Part shown: one piece after another, positions 36,892 through 46,352 of the stretch
Layout: every line of letters starts with the position of its first letter
Position numbering within the stretch: the first letter of the stretch is position 1
DNA from: Methanobacteriota archaeon
Lineage (GTDB): Archaea > Thermoplasmatota > Poseidoniia > Poseidoniales > Poseidoniaceae
Length of the DNA stretch: 46,352 bases
Direction of reading: 5' to 3'
NCBI GenBank assembly: GCA_002710015.1
Contig: PAOW01000026.1
Coordinates: forward strand, 1-46,352
The notes under the pieces: generated by a model
Database searches by the model: none
What the model was told of the DNA's origin: nothing
Seen by the model: the letters and a program-made list of their open reading frames with translations, nothing else
Translations under genes and position numbers: made by a program

Positions 36892-37791
36892 ATGCAGGAG
36901 TTATTGTTCGCCCTTTGGATTGTGGCGATTATCGCTCCATTAGTATGGGCTTGGTCCCAAAAAGCATCTATTGCTTTAGCGATGACTTTGTCATTATTGT
37001 TTGGTTTCATAGTTCAGATTATTTGGCGTATATTCCTGGATTTTGGAGAACTAAATGAACTTAGAATTAGACTATTTTTAGTTCCTGCATTGGTAACTGA
37101 TGGCCATATCCATACCTTGGTAACTAGTGGGTTTGTTCATTCTAATCCCCTCCATGTCCTTGGTAATATTTTGATTATTGCACTGGTAGGCATCCCTCTT
37201 GAGGACCGTCTTGGAAGATCAAGGTGGCTTATATCATACATGATTGGACTCTTAGGTGGTTCAATTGCTTGGACCATATTGAATCTGGGTTCTATCACAC
37301 CAGCACTGGGAGCCTCAGGGGCAGCTTTCGGTATTTTAGGCGCTTATCTGTGTGGATGGCCGAATGATGAGGTATTTTTCCCTTTGATTCTAATAAGAAA
37401 ATGGCCGGTTCAATTTATCGCTCTGTTTTACTTTGGCTTTGAAATCTACAAAGCATGGCAAGTTTATGGTCTAAATGAAATAAGTAATATCGGGCATATA
37501 GCTCATTTTGGTGGATTTATACTCGCTTATGGAACCTTACCATTGCTCAAAAAAGGAATAGAATGGGAAGGAGATTATGAACTAGAAGAAATACCTCAAG
37601 AGCACCCATTTGACGGTGTTGATGACTTGGTTGAAAGACTTAGGTCTGAAGGAGAATTTATTGAGACAAGACAAGCATGGCTTGAGGAAATTGCCGATAG
37701 AGCGAAATGTCCAATTTGTAGCGGTGCTTTACAAGTTAAGAAGATGAAAGTAAGATGTGTATCCGAATCATCGCATGTTAGATGGCCATGA
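36892..37791 (+). CDS. Rhomboid intramembrane serine protease with C-terminal Zn-ribbon-like tail
   Basis: TSGFVH..PLHVLGN; LEDRLG; GASGAAFG (Ser); AHFGG (His); CPICSG...C. ATG at 36892 is preferred over TTG at 36859. Confidence 0.88.
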   Translation: MQELLFALWIVAIIAPLVWAWSQKASIALAMTLSLLFGFIVQIIWRIFLDFGELNELRIRLFLVPALVTDGHIHTLVTSGFVHSNPLHVLGNILIIALVGIPLEDRLGRSRWLISYMIGLLGGSIAWTILNLGSITPALGASGAAFGILGAYLCGWPNDEVFFPLILIRKWPVQFIALFYFGFEIYKAWQVYGLNEISNIGHIAHFGGFILAYGTLPLLKKGIEWEGDYELEEIPQEHPFDGVDDLVERLRSEGEFIETRQAWLEEIADRAKCPICSGALQVKKMKVRCVSESSHVRWP

Positions 37792-37853
37792 GTCCCTATG
37801 GGGACTCGTTCCCACCCAAGGTTCATGTGTTATACAAACCGCCCGTAGGGCGG
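37790..37853 (+). other. Two GC-rich hairpins in the rhomboid-subtilase intergenic region
   Basis: gagtccc-tatg-gggactc (37790-37807) and ccgccc-gta-gggcgg (37839-37853), with TTATAC between them. Confidence 0.4.
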
Positions 37854-37863
37854 GTGGAAATAC

Positions 37864-40800
37864 TTGAAGGGCTCAAAAGCACTAGTTTTAGTCGGTATTT
37901 TTCTCATGTCTGTTTTCTCTGCAATGGTATCTGCATCCCCTATTGAAGACGATGAAACTCCCGAGAAACTGATGGACAGGATGCCATTTCGAGGAGATAA
38001 ATTCTCCACAGAAGATTATGGTTGGTGGTTCTCATATGGTCCAGACGAGAATTTTGATGGTATGGACGATCGTTTGGAAAAGGTAATTCAAGGTTATGAG
38101 TCGGTTTCTACAACCTCCATCACAGGAGCAGATGGTCGAAAAACGGTTGCAATTATCGTAGATTATGCATGGCATCCTACTGAATACGAAATCAATGAAT
38201 TGGTTGCTATACTAAGAAGCCACGGCTGGAATGCAGATGGTGCATGGTTTCAGGTTATGGACTCAATTGACTCAATTGTTGTAGACCACGTTCCAGTTTC
38301 AGCCTTGTGGGAAATACATGCAATTGAATCAGTAGTTGTTGTTGAGATGCAGAACGTTATGTATCCTACATTGGAGAGTGCAAATCCTGCCACTAGAATC
38401 CAACCATCGGATGTTTATTCTGGAACCGTTTATGACAGAGGATATGATGGAGAAGGAGTAGTAATTGCAGTCCTAGATAGCGGAGTTGACAACGAGCATA
38501 GGTCTCTCAACGATTTTGATGATGAAAACGATGAGCCAGACCTGAACGCTAATTCGTATGATGATCAGAAATGGGTTGCAGGATATGATGCCACTTCACA
38601 AGCATCGAATCCAGACGGGTCTCAAGATCCAGACGATGGACAGGGTCACGGAACTCACGTTGCAGGGATTGCGCTTGGAACGGGGGACTCTTCGAGGGTC
38701 CACATAGGAGCTGCGCCCGGAGCTTTTCTTGTAGATATCAAGGTGCTAACAGATAGCGGAGGAACAAATTCTCAAAATTCACTAAATGGAATTCAGTGGA
38801 TGATAAACAACAAAGACACCGATTGGGGCAATGGTGCAAAAGGAATAGACATAGGTCAGATGTCGTTTGGTTCAATCGGAAATCCAATCAATCAGGATAG
38901 TGGAGATAATGGCACAGGAGCTGAGGCTAGGCTTGTTAACAATGCAACATACGACCATGACATCTCTTGCATAGTCGCTGCTGGAAATGACGGTAGGCAA
39001 AGAATCGCATCACCGGGAAGCGCAGATGGTGCTATTACGATAGGTTCCGCTGACAATGCAGATACCATCAACAGAACTGACGATTTCATGGCGTCTTACT
39101 CCAACACAGGTCCTAGAAATTCTGATAATGATGACGATGACTGGGATGAATTAAAACCCGATGTTACCGCTTATGGTAGTGGTATTTATTCAGCACAAGC
39201 TGCAACGGGGACTTCATTCCCTGGAACTCCCAGACCAACAGCAGATAGTTCGTATGAATCCAAAGATGGGACTTCTATGGCAACACCAATTGTCTCAGGT
39301 GTAGTAGCGTTAATGTTACAGGCCGATTCGAGCCTAAAGCCAACGGAAATCAAGGACATTTTAAGAAATTCAAGCGAACTAAAGGGCAGTCCAAGTTCAG
39401 ATGTATCCGACAGATGGAACGATGAATGGGGCTTTGGTTTGCTCGATGCGTCTTGTGCTGTTGATACAGTATTGGACCGCAGTTGCACGCCTCTGAGTAG
39501 TGGAGGAGGTGCCATAATAGTTCCCCCAACCAACGACACATCTCTAGGTGTTGAGATTGAAAACCCAGAAAATGGAACATGGTTTATTGCTGGCGATATG
39601 GTAAGAATCAGTGGTACTACTGTCGATAATACTGGACCGTGGAATAGCATTGAAGTTCGTCTTACTCAATATTACGAAGACTCAGATGAGGAGGTCTTGA
39701 TGGACTGGACTACCGCTGGCGGTGATTCAGATACTTGGTATCTTGATGTTTTGATTAAAGAGGAGTGGTATGATATCGATTCAACGGTTTTAGTTGTTGA
39801 AGTAAATGCCATTGGTGATGGAGATTTGATATCCAGTGATGCTAGATGGGGATACATTGGAAAGATGATGGTATCATTTGGTTCACCATCATCAGGTTCA
39901 AAACTTACAGACACGGTCACGTTCACTGGAACTGCTCAAGGGATTGAGCCTAGCAAACTATTGTATCGTGTGAACAATGAGGAGTGGGAGGATGCACACG
40001 ACTTTGATGATGAAAGTAATGATGAGCAAGATTGGTCATTTACGTGGGACTCCAATCAAGTCAACGACGGTTCTCACAAGATTTCGGTCAAGTTAGTCAA
40101 TGTCAGTGGGGCAGAATCAGACATCGTTAGGAGAACCTTCACTGTCGACAATCAACCAGCAGCACCAGAACTAAGATTCCAGGGCAGCGTTGAGATTTTT
40201 GACCAAGATCTTCCAGCAAGCAAAGCTGTTGCAGGAACTATACTAGAGATTCACTTTGGCGTTGTTAATACTGGTGATTTAGATGCAACCGACCTTCATT
40301 TGAAACTGGATGCCCCCGGTTCAGAATCTAGCACATATCCAAGCGAAGGAAAGATTCCTAGACTAGACCAAGGCGAGACTATTGACGTTGTTTTGTGGTG
40401 GTGGGCCACTGAAGCGGGAACTCATGACGTTACAATTCAGATAGATCCTAATGGATTGATGAATGATGATCAGAGCGATAATGAATACACATTTGAGTTC
40501 GAAATTGAAGAAAGGCCAATTGAACCAACGCTTAGATTCTTAACAGGCGCTATTACTACATCAGATTCTATACCTTCACCAGGAGGAGAGGATTCAAAGC
40601 CATACATTGTGAATGTCAGAGTTGATAATTTGGGTCAGAATGATGCAACCAACATAGAGGTTGAACTAATGAAATACGAAGAAGGAATGTGGATTTCAGT
40701 TGGTAAGTCAACAATTTCGACAATTCCGGGTTCTACTAGTTCATCGGGAAGCAGTAGAGCACAATTTAGCACTAGCCATGACTCGGTTGGACTGGTAAAA

Positions 40801-42759
40801 CACATGGTCAAATTGCAAGGAAATGGAGTTGAGGCTCAATATTCACAACTTCGCTTTAATGTGGTTATTGATGATTATATTGCTGGTTCTAAAACAAACC
40901 TTCCTACATCTGACGGCGAAGCAGTGTTAGGGTTTGTCGGAATTCCAGGAAAAGGGGATAGAAGTGATGGTGGAGGATTGTTATTCACAACCAAAGATGG
41001 TGAATTGCATGCCAGAACGATCACTCCAAGTCTCAGTATGCCCGGAGATACTTTGATTGAAGCAGATTGGGCGGGTGAGTTTGCATTCGCCGTGCGTGAT
41101 GACAATAGGGTTCAGTTAGCTTGGACAAAGAGATTTGATGATGGCCAAGGTTACACTATGACCGATGTGGGTATGGCCACAATTGGATTATTAGGCGATT
41201 TGAGTTCTACATCATCTCATCTTACTCCACTCAAACAATCTGAAGGAAGCTATTGGGGATTCGACATCTCGATTAGAGGGAATGAAGCAGTTCTAGCTGG
41301 CTATCACAGAGATATAATGACAGGAGGCTCATGGAATGATGTTACCAACATATTCATGATTCATACTAGTGATGTCAAATCATCAACTGGGTGGATTACC
41401 AAAATGAACATAATTTCAGACATCGACATCAGACCTCAAGATGGTGATCCACTAGCGGTTGCAATTGGCGAAGAAGAGATACACTTACTGTATCAAGAAA
41501 TGCGTGATGACTCGACAGGTATTGACAGAGTTGGCTTATTTTATGCGCATGGAGTCATATCCCAAACTCCGTTCAGTTTCCAAGCACCTGCAGGAGATTA
41601 TGCAAGTGCTCCTGAACTTGTAGTGATTCAAAATGAGGGAGAAGACACATTAATCTCCGCATGGATAACTGGAAGCGGTAGGTCAGCAGAAATCATTAGC
41701 GTGGTGCAGGATTCAATATGGTCAAAAGATGTTGATGAGTATACCAATACATCCGCTCCCGGTGCTACAAAGGTGGTCATGATAGAAATGGAAGACGGGG
41801 AATTCAAGATTTATCATGATGAAATAGGCGTTTACGGACCATCAACACGCTATGGCATTTACAATAAAGGAGACTCCGAGCTTGGATTATCTAACTTGAT
41901 TTCCGAGGGCAAAGTTGTCGGAGCCGGCAGCATAGGCCAAGACCAGATTGTAGTAATGACCTCACCGTCGGGGAAGGTCAGCGCAATAAAAGTTGCATAT
42001 CTAGGACCTGATAGAGGCCAGGGTGATGGAGATTCATTTATTGACACTCTTCTCAGTCCTATACCTGGAGATTCTCGTCAAGAAAAGATATACGCCGTTT
42101 CAATTTTAGGCGCTGTTCTATTTGGTCTATTCCTGATGGTTGTAGTTTACCTTAGGAGATCCCACAAGAGAGAGGAAGAAATAGAAGTATCAGAGAGTGT
42201 TAGCGACCTTGAGTTGCTAGTTCAAACTGAAGAAGATATAGGGCCACTGGTAGCAATCAATGCGGATGAGGATGACGACCTGGTCGTCTCCACTATACCT
42301 AACGCTGTTTTAGAAGAAGAAGATGAGCCAATGAATCTCTCTGCCGAATTAGAAGCTAAAGTTGAGGCAGGAACAGCCTCAAAGCGTTTAGAGCGCAGAA
42401 TGAAAAGGAAGAGCGACAGAGAGGCTAAGGAGATATTTGATGAAATGACAAAGAATCTTCCACCGCTTCCTTCCTTAGTAAATAATCAAGTTCAATCAAA
42501 CGAAATAGATGCCGAGATGCCAGCCACGGATAGCAAACAGGTAGATGAGAAATCTGTTCCAATAATACAGGATTTACCTCCCCCTCCTTTACCTGGCCAA
42601 TTACCTCTCCCGCCAGCTCCCGGTGAATTGGGGCTACCACCACCTCCACTACTCGAGAAAACAGTGGAATGTTCTGCTTGTGGCTCCAGTCTAAAGGTTA
42701 AGGATATGACTTTGAGGAGAATGACTTGCCCTATTTGCTCAGAAATAATTGAGATGTGA
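37864..42759 (+). CDS. Membrane-anchored S8 (subtilisin-like) serine protease with Ig/CARDB domains, C-terminal TM, Pro-rich linker and Zn ribbon
   Basis: Signal peptide; catalytic triad VLDSG, HGTHVAG, GTSMATP; VAAGND; CARDB-like VVNTG...IDP...E..DN; TM IYAVSILGAVLFGLFLMVVVYL; CSACG...CPICS. Confidence 0.9.
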   Translation: MKGSKALVLVGIFLMSVFSAMVSASPIEDDETPEKLMDRMPFRGDKFSTEDYGWWFSYGPDENFDGMDDRLEKVIQGYESVSTTSITGADGRKTVAIIVDYAWHPTEYEINELVAILRSHGWNADGAWFQVMDSIDSIVVDHVPVSALWEIHAIESVVVVEMQNVMYPTLESANPATRIQPSDVYSGTVYDRGYDGEGVVIAVLDSGVDNEHRSLNDFDDENDEPDLNANSYDDQKWVAGYDATSQASNPDGSQDPDDGQGHGTHVAGIALGTGDSSRVHIGAAPGAFLVDIKVLTDSGGTNSQNSLNGIQWMINNKDTDWGNGAKGIDIGQMSFGSIGNPINQDSGDNGTGAEARLVNNATYDHDISCIVAAGNDGRQRIASPGSADGAITIGSADNADTINRTDDFMASYSNTGPRNSDNDDDDWDELKPDVTAYGSGIYSAQAATGTSFPGTPRPTADSSYESKDGTSMATPIVSGVVALMLQADSSLKPTEIKDILRNSSELKGSPSSDVSDRWNDEWGFGLLDASCAVDTVLDRSCTPLSSGGGAIIVPPTNDTSLGVEIENPENGTWFIAGDMVRISGTTVDNTGPWNSIEVRLTQYYEDSDEEVLMDWTTAGGDSDTWYLDVLIKEEWYDIDSTVLVVEVNAIGDGDLISSDARWGYIGKMMVSFGSPSSGSKLTDTVTFTGTAQGIEPSKLLYRVNNEEWEDAHDFDDESNDEQDWSFTWDSNQVNDGSHKISVKLVNVSGAESDIVRRTFTVDNQPAAPELRFQGSVEIFDQDLPASKAVAGTILEIHFGVVNTGDLDATDLHLKLDAPGSESSTYPSEGKIPRLDQGETIDVVLWWWATEAGTHDVTIQIDPNGLMNDDQSDNEYTFEFEIEERPIEPTLRFLTGAITTSDSIPSPGGEDSKPYIVNVRVDNLGQNDATNIEVELMKYEEGMWISVGKSTISTIPGSTSSSGSSRAQFSTSHDSVGLVKHMVKLQGNGVEAQYSQLRFNVVIDDYIAGSKTNLPTSDGEAVLGFVGIPGKGDRSDGGGLLFTTKDGELHARTITPSLSMPGDTLIEADWAGEFAFAVRDDNRVQLAWTKRFDDGQGYTMTDVGMATIGLLGDLSSTSSHLTPLKQSEGSYWGFDISIRGNEAVLAGYHRDIMTGGSWNDVTNIFMIHTSDVKSSTGWITKMNIISDIDIRPQDGDPLAVAIGEEEIHLLYQEMRDDSTGIDRVGLFYAHGVISQTPFSFQAPAGDYASAPELVVIQNEGEDTLISAWITGSGRSAEIISVVQDSIWSKDVDEYTNTSAPGATKVVMIEMEDGEFKIYHDEIGVYGPSTRYGIYNKGDSELGLSNLISEGKVVGAGSIGQDQIVVMTSPSGKVSAIKVAYLGPDRGQGDGDSFIDTLLSPIPGDSRQEKIYAVSILGAVLFGLFLMVVVYLRRSHKREEEIEVSESVSDLELLVQTEEDIGPLVAINADEDDDLVVSTIPNAVLEEEDEPMNLSAELEAKVEAGTASKRLERRMKRKSDREAKEIFDEMTKNLPPLPSLVNNQVQSNEIDAEMPATDSKQVDEKSVPIIQDLPPPPLPGQLPLPPAPGELGLPPPPLLEKTVECSACGSSLKVKDMTLRRMTCPICSEIIEM

Positions 42760-42768
42760 GGAAAAAAG

Positions 42769-44589
42769 ATGTGCGGTATTTTCGGTTTCATCGGTAAAAG
42801 AGCGGCTGCTCCTTTGCTTGTTGAAGGACTGCGAAGATTGGAATATCGTGGATACGATTCATCGGGTATTGTCGTCAAAAATGGCGATTTACAAGTCTAC
42901 AAGAAGGTTGGAAAAGTATCAGAATTATCCAGCATTTTACCTAATCATATCGAAGGCTATTCGGGGATTGCTCACACTAGATGGGCAACTCATGGTGAAG
43001 TAAATGACGTCAATGCACACCCCCATCTTAACGATAAAGCAGATATCGCAATTGTTCACAATGGCATAATCGACAATGCTAGAGATATAAGGAAGCGTCT
43101 TGAAAAGAAAGGATATCTTTTGAAATCAGAAACAGACTCTGAAACCCTTGCTCACATGATAACAATTGGCATGGATTCTGGTCAAACCCCAATAGAAGCG
43201 GTTCGACAGACACTCAAAAGACTGACAGGTACATGGGGGCTGTGCGTTCTTTTCAAGGATTACGAACAAATAATTTGTGCGCGTAATGGTTCGCCTTTGT
43301 TAATTGGAAAAGGAGATGGGGAATCATTTGTTTCATCAGATCCTCACGCACTTTCACACCATACTCAGAATATATTTTTCTTGGAAGATGGGGATTTAGC
43401 AATAATTGACAGAGATGGCGTTGAGATAACTCGATTGGAAGGTGGCGTTTCTGATACTAGTATGACCGTTGTTGAAGACGAATGGGAGGAAGCCGACATT
43501 AGCGGTTATCCACACTTCATGTTAAAAGAAATACATGAACAGCCAGAAGCATTACGCAGATGCATAACAGGCCGCTTAGACAAGGCAAACGGGGGAGCAA
43601 AATTAGGAGGTTTAAAGCTAGAACCAGTTCGCCTTAGAACTGCGCCTCACGTGAGACTCATCGGGTGTGGAACAGCCCTAAACGCTTGCAAAATTGGCCA
43701 GTTGGCAATAGAAAGCCTTGCTAGAATCCCAGCGGTTGCTCATGTTGCAAGCGAATTTAGGTATAACGATCCTGTGATAAATCCTAATGCAATACACTTT
43801 GCAGTATCGCAATCAGGCGAAACTGCAGACACGATTTCGGCTGTAAAAGAAATTCATCTAAAGGGTGGAGAAGTCCATGGGATAGTCAACGTAGTTGGCT
43901 CAACAATCGCAAGGTTATGCGGTCAGGGCGTATACATACACAGCGGGCCAGAACAGGCAGTTGCATCTACCAAAGCTTTCACAAATATGGTAGCATCTTT
44001 GCTTCTTTTCTCGATTAGAATAGGGCGAACAAGGTCATTCTCTAGGGAGAGAGGACGATCACTAATCGATAATTTCCAGAATATTCCATCTCAGATGGAG
44101 GAATACCTCTCTAATCCTGGTCCGATAGAAGAAGCGGTAGAATTGGTTAAGCATGCTAAGAGTGTTCTATTTTTGGGTAGAGGATTATCTGCTCCTGTTG
44201 CATCTGAGGGTGCTTTGAAGTTAATGGAAGTAGCATATATCCCATGTCTCGCTTATCCTGCTGGAGAAATGAAACACGGTCCGATTGCTTTACTGGAGAA
44301 AGACAGCCCTGTGATAGTCATAGCTCCAAATGATAAGCATAGAGAGAAGACAGTGTCATCAATGCATGAATGCAAAGCCAGAGGCGCTAAAATCATACTA
44401 ATTCACGAGGATGGTGACCCAATTTCAGAAGAGGCAGATGTTGCTATTAGCATTCCTAAATGCGATCCTCTACTTACGCCACTACTTTCGGTTGTGCCTA
44501 CTCAACTCATCGCTTACCAAACGGCACTTGAGCTTGGATGTGATGTAGATAGGCCTCGTAACCTAGCAAAATCCGTAACAGTAGAATGA
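42769..44589 (+). CDS. glmS: Glutamine--fructose-6-phosphate aminotransferase (isomerizing)
   Basis: MCGIFG; LEYRGYDSSG; HTRWATHG; SQSGETADT; VASTKAF; EGALKLME; DRPRNLAKSVTVE. Confidence 0.97.
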   Translation: MCGIFGFIGKRAAAPLLVEGLRRLEYRGYDSSGIVVKNGDLQVYKKVGKVSELSSILPNHIEGYSGIAHTRWATHGEVNDVNAHPHLNDKADIAIVHNGIIDNARDIRKRLEKKGYLLKSETDSETLAHMITIGMDSGQTPIEAVRQTLKRLTGTWGLCVLFKDYEQIICARNGSPLLIGKGDGESFVSSDPHALSHHTQNIFFLEDGDLAIIDRDGVEITRLEGGVSDTSMTVVEDEWEEADISGYPHFMLKEIHEQPEALRRCITGRLDKANGGAKLGGLKLEPVRLRTAPHVRLIGCGTALNACKIGQLAIESLARIPAVAHVASEFRYNDPVINPNAIHFAVSQSGETADTISAVKEIHLKGGEVHGIVNVVGSTIARLCGQGVYIHSGPEQAVASTKAFTNMVASLLLFSIRIGRTRSFSRERGRSLIDNFQNIPSQMEEYLSNPGPIEEAVELVKHAKSVLFLGRGLSAPVASEGALKLMEVAYIPCLAYPAGEMKHGPIALLEKDSPVIVIAPNDKHREKTVSSMHECKARGAKIILIHEDGDPISEEADVAISIPKCDPLLTPLLSVVPTQLIAYQTALELGCDVDRPRNLAKSVTVE

Positions 44590-45309
44590 CTAGTTTATTG
44601 TGAAACGTTGTTCCTCAGAGTTCCAGTTTATTGGTGAGTAACCGAGTTTGTGATGAGTATGTCTCATCTTAATTACTCCGAGTTTTCTGGTAATATCATC
44701 ATCCTTTCTTTCCATAGTCAGGTGCATTACCCCATCAGATAGGTAGTCTTCAACACCGTATTCGCCGAATTGTTTGTGATCTTCTCCAGTCATTTCGCAT
44801 ATGAAGAAAGATGTCAGCCCAAGTCTTCGACATGCCTCGAATAACCTGAATATTTCATCTCTTGGATTTTCCATCTTGGTCAGTGTGAAGAAGGCCCCTA
44901 ATGAGTCAAAGACGAGAATTTCAAAGCCAATTGACTTTCTGTAAGAAGTAAGTTGTTTGATTAGTTGACCCATCCAATCTATTCTGTTGCTCATTCCTTG
45001 CTCGTCTAACTGAACCCTGAGGTCAGAGAGATCGATAATTGCAATTCTGTTTCGCACTCTAGCATCATCAACGTTCATTCCCATGTTTGACATGTGAGAT
45101 CTCAGTGAATCCTTTCCCTGTTCAAGAGTTACGTAAATTCCACTAGTCTCTCCATACAAAACAGCGTTATACAGTAGAGAAAAAGTAACAGACGATTTCA
45201 TAGCACCTGATTGACCAGCAACGATGCAAATGTGTCCTTCTGGGATACCTCCCTGCATGTTTTCATCCAATCCTGCTATATGCGTAGGAATCCTTCCAAT
45301 CTCACCCAC
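44590..45309 (-). CDS. RAD55/KaiC-like single-domain RecA-superfamily ATPase
   Basis: RIPTHIAGLDENMQGGIP; variant Walker A GQSGAMKS; YVTLEQ; VFDSL; EDYLSDGV; KMRHT.H. Confidence 0.88.
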   Translation of the reverse strand: MGEIGRIPTHIAGLDENMQGGIPEGHICIVAGQSGAMKSSVTFSLLYNAVLYGETSGIYVTLEQGKDSLRSHMSNMGMNVDDARVRNRIAIIDLSDLRVQLDEQGMSNRIDWMGQLIKQLTSYRKSIGFEILVFDSLGAFFTLTKMENPRDEIFRLFEACRRLGLTSFFICEMTGEDHKQFGEYGVEDYLSDGVMHLTMERKDDDITRKLGVIKMRHTHHKLGYSPINWNSEEQRFTIN

Positions 45310-45371
45310 GTTGTCTCACCAGTACGATGTAGGAGCGATGTTCTCTATAAGGTGACCCCTGACGCATATGC

Positions 45372-45938
45372 ATGGCAATATGGCTAGCAAGCGGCTCTCA
45401 GCGCCGTGCTGTAATTCTCAGTAGCCTATTTGCAGATGTGCATTCAGAAGCTCTAGATGGTGTTGATGAAACACCTCCAACCGGTAGCGTTTCCTCCCAA
45501 GTCATGTCAATTTGTAAGAGAAAGGCTGCCGCTGTAACTTCTGATGATGGATTTGACGTGATAGTTGTTGCAGATACAATGGTTTCAGATCCTGATGATG
45601 TGAATGTTGCCATGGGGAAGGCTGCTGATGAGTTGTCAGCGGCCTCTATGCTCAAGCGTTTGTCTGGGTGTCGCCACCGTGTCTGGTCTGCAACAGGAGT
45701 AAGGATCCTTGGAGAGTGGGAATTTTTCGTTGAATCTGCTGTTGTGGAGGTCGATGAGTTGACGATTGATGATATGGAAGATCTGATTAAATCTGGTTCA
45801 TGGAAAGGCAAAGCGGGCTCTTATGACTTAGCTGGTGAAATGGGTAAACATGCTAGGCTAGTTGATGGTGATGCGTTGGCTGTTCTTGGTTTTGCACCTT
45901 CCGCAATTGAAAAAATCAAATCATACTTTCAAGAATAG
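45372..45938 (+). CDS. maf: Maf-family nucleotide pyrophosphatase
   Basis: LASGSQRR; VDET; KA; VADTMV; GKA; MLKRLSG..H.V; GKAGSY; LGF. Confidence 0.9.
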   Translation: MAIWLASGSQRRAVILSSLFADVHSEALDGVDETPPTGSVSSQVMSICKRKAAAVTSDDGFDVIVVADTMVSDPDDVNVAMGKAADELSAASMLKRLSGCRHRVWSATGVRILGEWEFFVESAVVEVDELTIDDMEDLIKSGSWKGKAGSYDLAGEMGKHARLVDGDALAVLGFAPSAIEKIKSYFQE

Positions 45939-46014
45939 ACTTCGCTAATACCTGCGAGATATTTTCATTAAATTCCACACAATAGAACTAGAACTGCCAA
46001 TAAAATCAGTATTC

Positions 46015-46302
46015 CTAAGCATCGAACGCAAGAATTTGCTCTCCGAAAGAAACGTTAGGATGTCCAGCTAGGTATGGTATCATATTACTCATTAATTCAT
46101 CATATTGAGTTTGTGATGCATCTAAGTGTTCCTTACTTTCGTAAGCTGCTACTCCCATCACTTCAGTTTCGCTTATTCGAATTAGTCTGCTACTGACTAG
46201 TCCCTTTATTTGGCTAAAACTATCTCTAATGATTTTCATTGTTGCCATGGCTTCGTCGTACGTGCCTGGTTGTAGCGTTGCATGTGTTATCCTGTAATAC
46301 AT
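46015..46302 (-). CDS. Small protein, probable dimeric alpha+beta barrel (ABM-like)
   Basis: 95 aa with a beta-alpha-beta-beta-alpha-beta pattern (YRIT..LQPG; IKGL; AYESKEHLDAS). Confidence 0.55.
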   Translation of the reverse strand: MYYRITHATLQPGTYDEAMATMKIIRDSFSQIKGLVSSRLIRISETEVMGVAAYESKEHLDASQTQYDELMSNMIPYLAGHPNVSFGEQILAFDA

Positions 46303-46352
46303 GATTATCCCTACATTAGATATCTTATGAATTATTTGTTTGTTATTACTCT

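Noticed and set aside
36341-36943. 200-aa plus-strand ORF
   Set aside because: It is antisense to the ABC ATPase, whose motifs are unambiguous.
2730-42759. Inteins or toxin domains in the two very large proteins
   Set aside because: No Hint/LAGLIDADG motifs, RHS core or adjacent immunity-like gene were recognised.
44590-45309. Circadian clock KaiC
   Set aside because: It is a single domain with no kaiA/kaiB nearby and fits the generic archaeal RAD55/KaiC-like family.

Overview
This 46 kb window is a gene-dense archaeal fragment. Archaeal markers (Csl4, NMD3, METTL5-like methylase, COG1031-type radical SAM, RAD55/KaiC ATPase, HTH_10 regulators) sit beside bacterial-type genes and giant secreted or membrane-anchored proteins. 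That mix best fits Marine Group II Euryarchaeota (Poseidoniales); the assignment is inferred from gene content. The left 18 kb is a cell-surface locus. It holds an ELWxxDGT-repeat surface protein gene running off the left edge and missed by the ORF track, a 4265-aa single-pass adhesin-like protein with a long cytoplasmic coiled-coil/HhH tail, two paralogous MscS channels, two paralogous Bat-type HTH_10 regulators, candidate palindromic operators, and a truncated ELWxxD paralog. The best candidate for an undescribed system is this MscS + HTH_10 + giant adhesin unit, possibly sensing surface contact or membrane tension. The right 28 kb is mostly housekeeping: acyl-CoA ligase, SMUG1-type glycosylase, HMG-CoA synthase, radical SAM, a Csl4-RRM-RRM fusion, asd, glycosylation genes, M23 peptidase, PGI/PMI, NMD3, a partial Ccm cluster, rhomboid, a membrane-anchored subtilase, glmS, a KaiC-like ATPase and Maf. 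I saw no rRNA, tRNA, CRISPR array or transposase. All calls come from reading motifs by eye; no searches were run.
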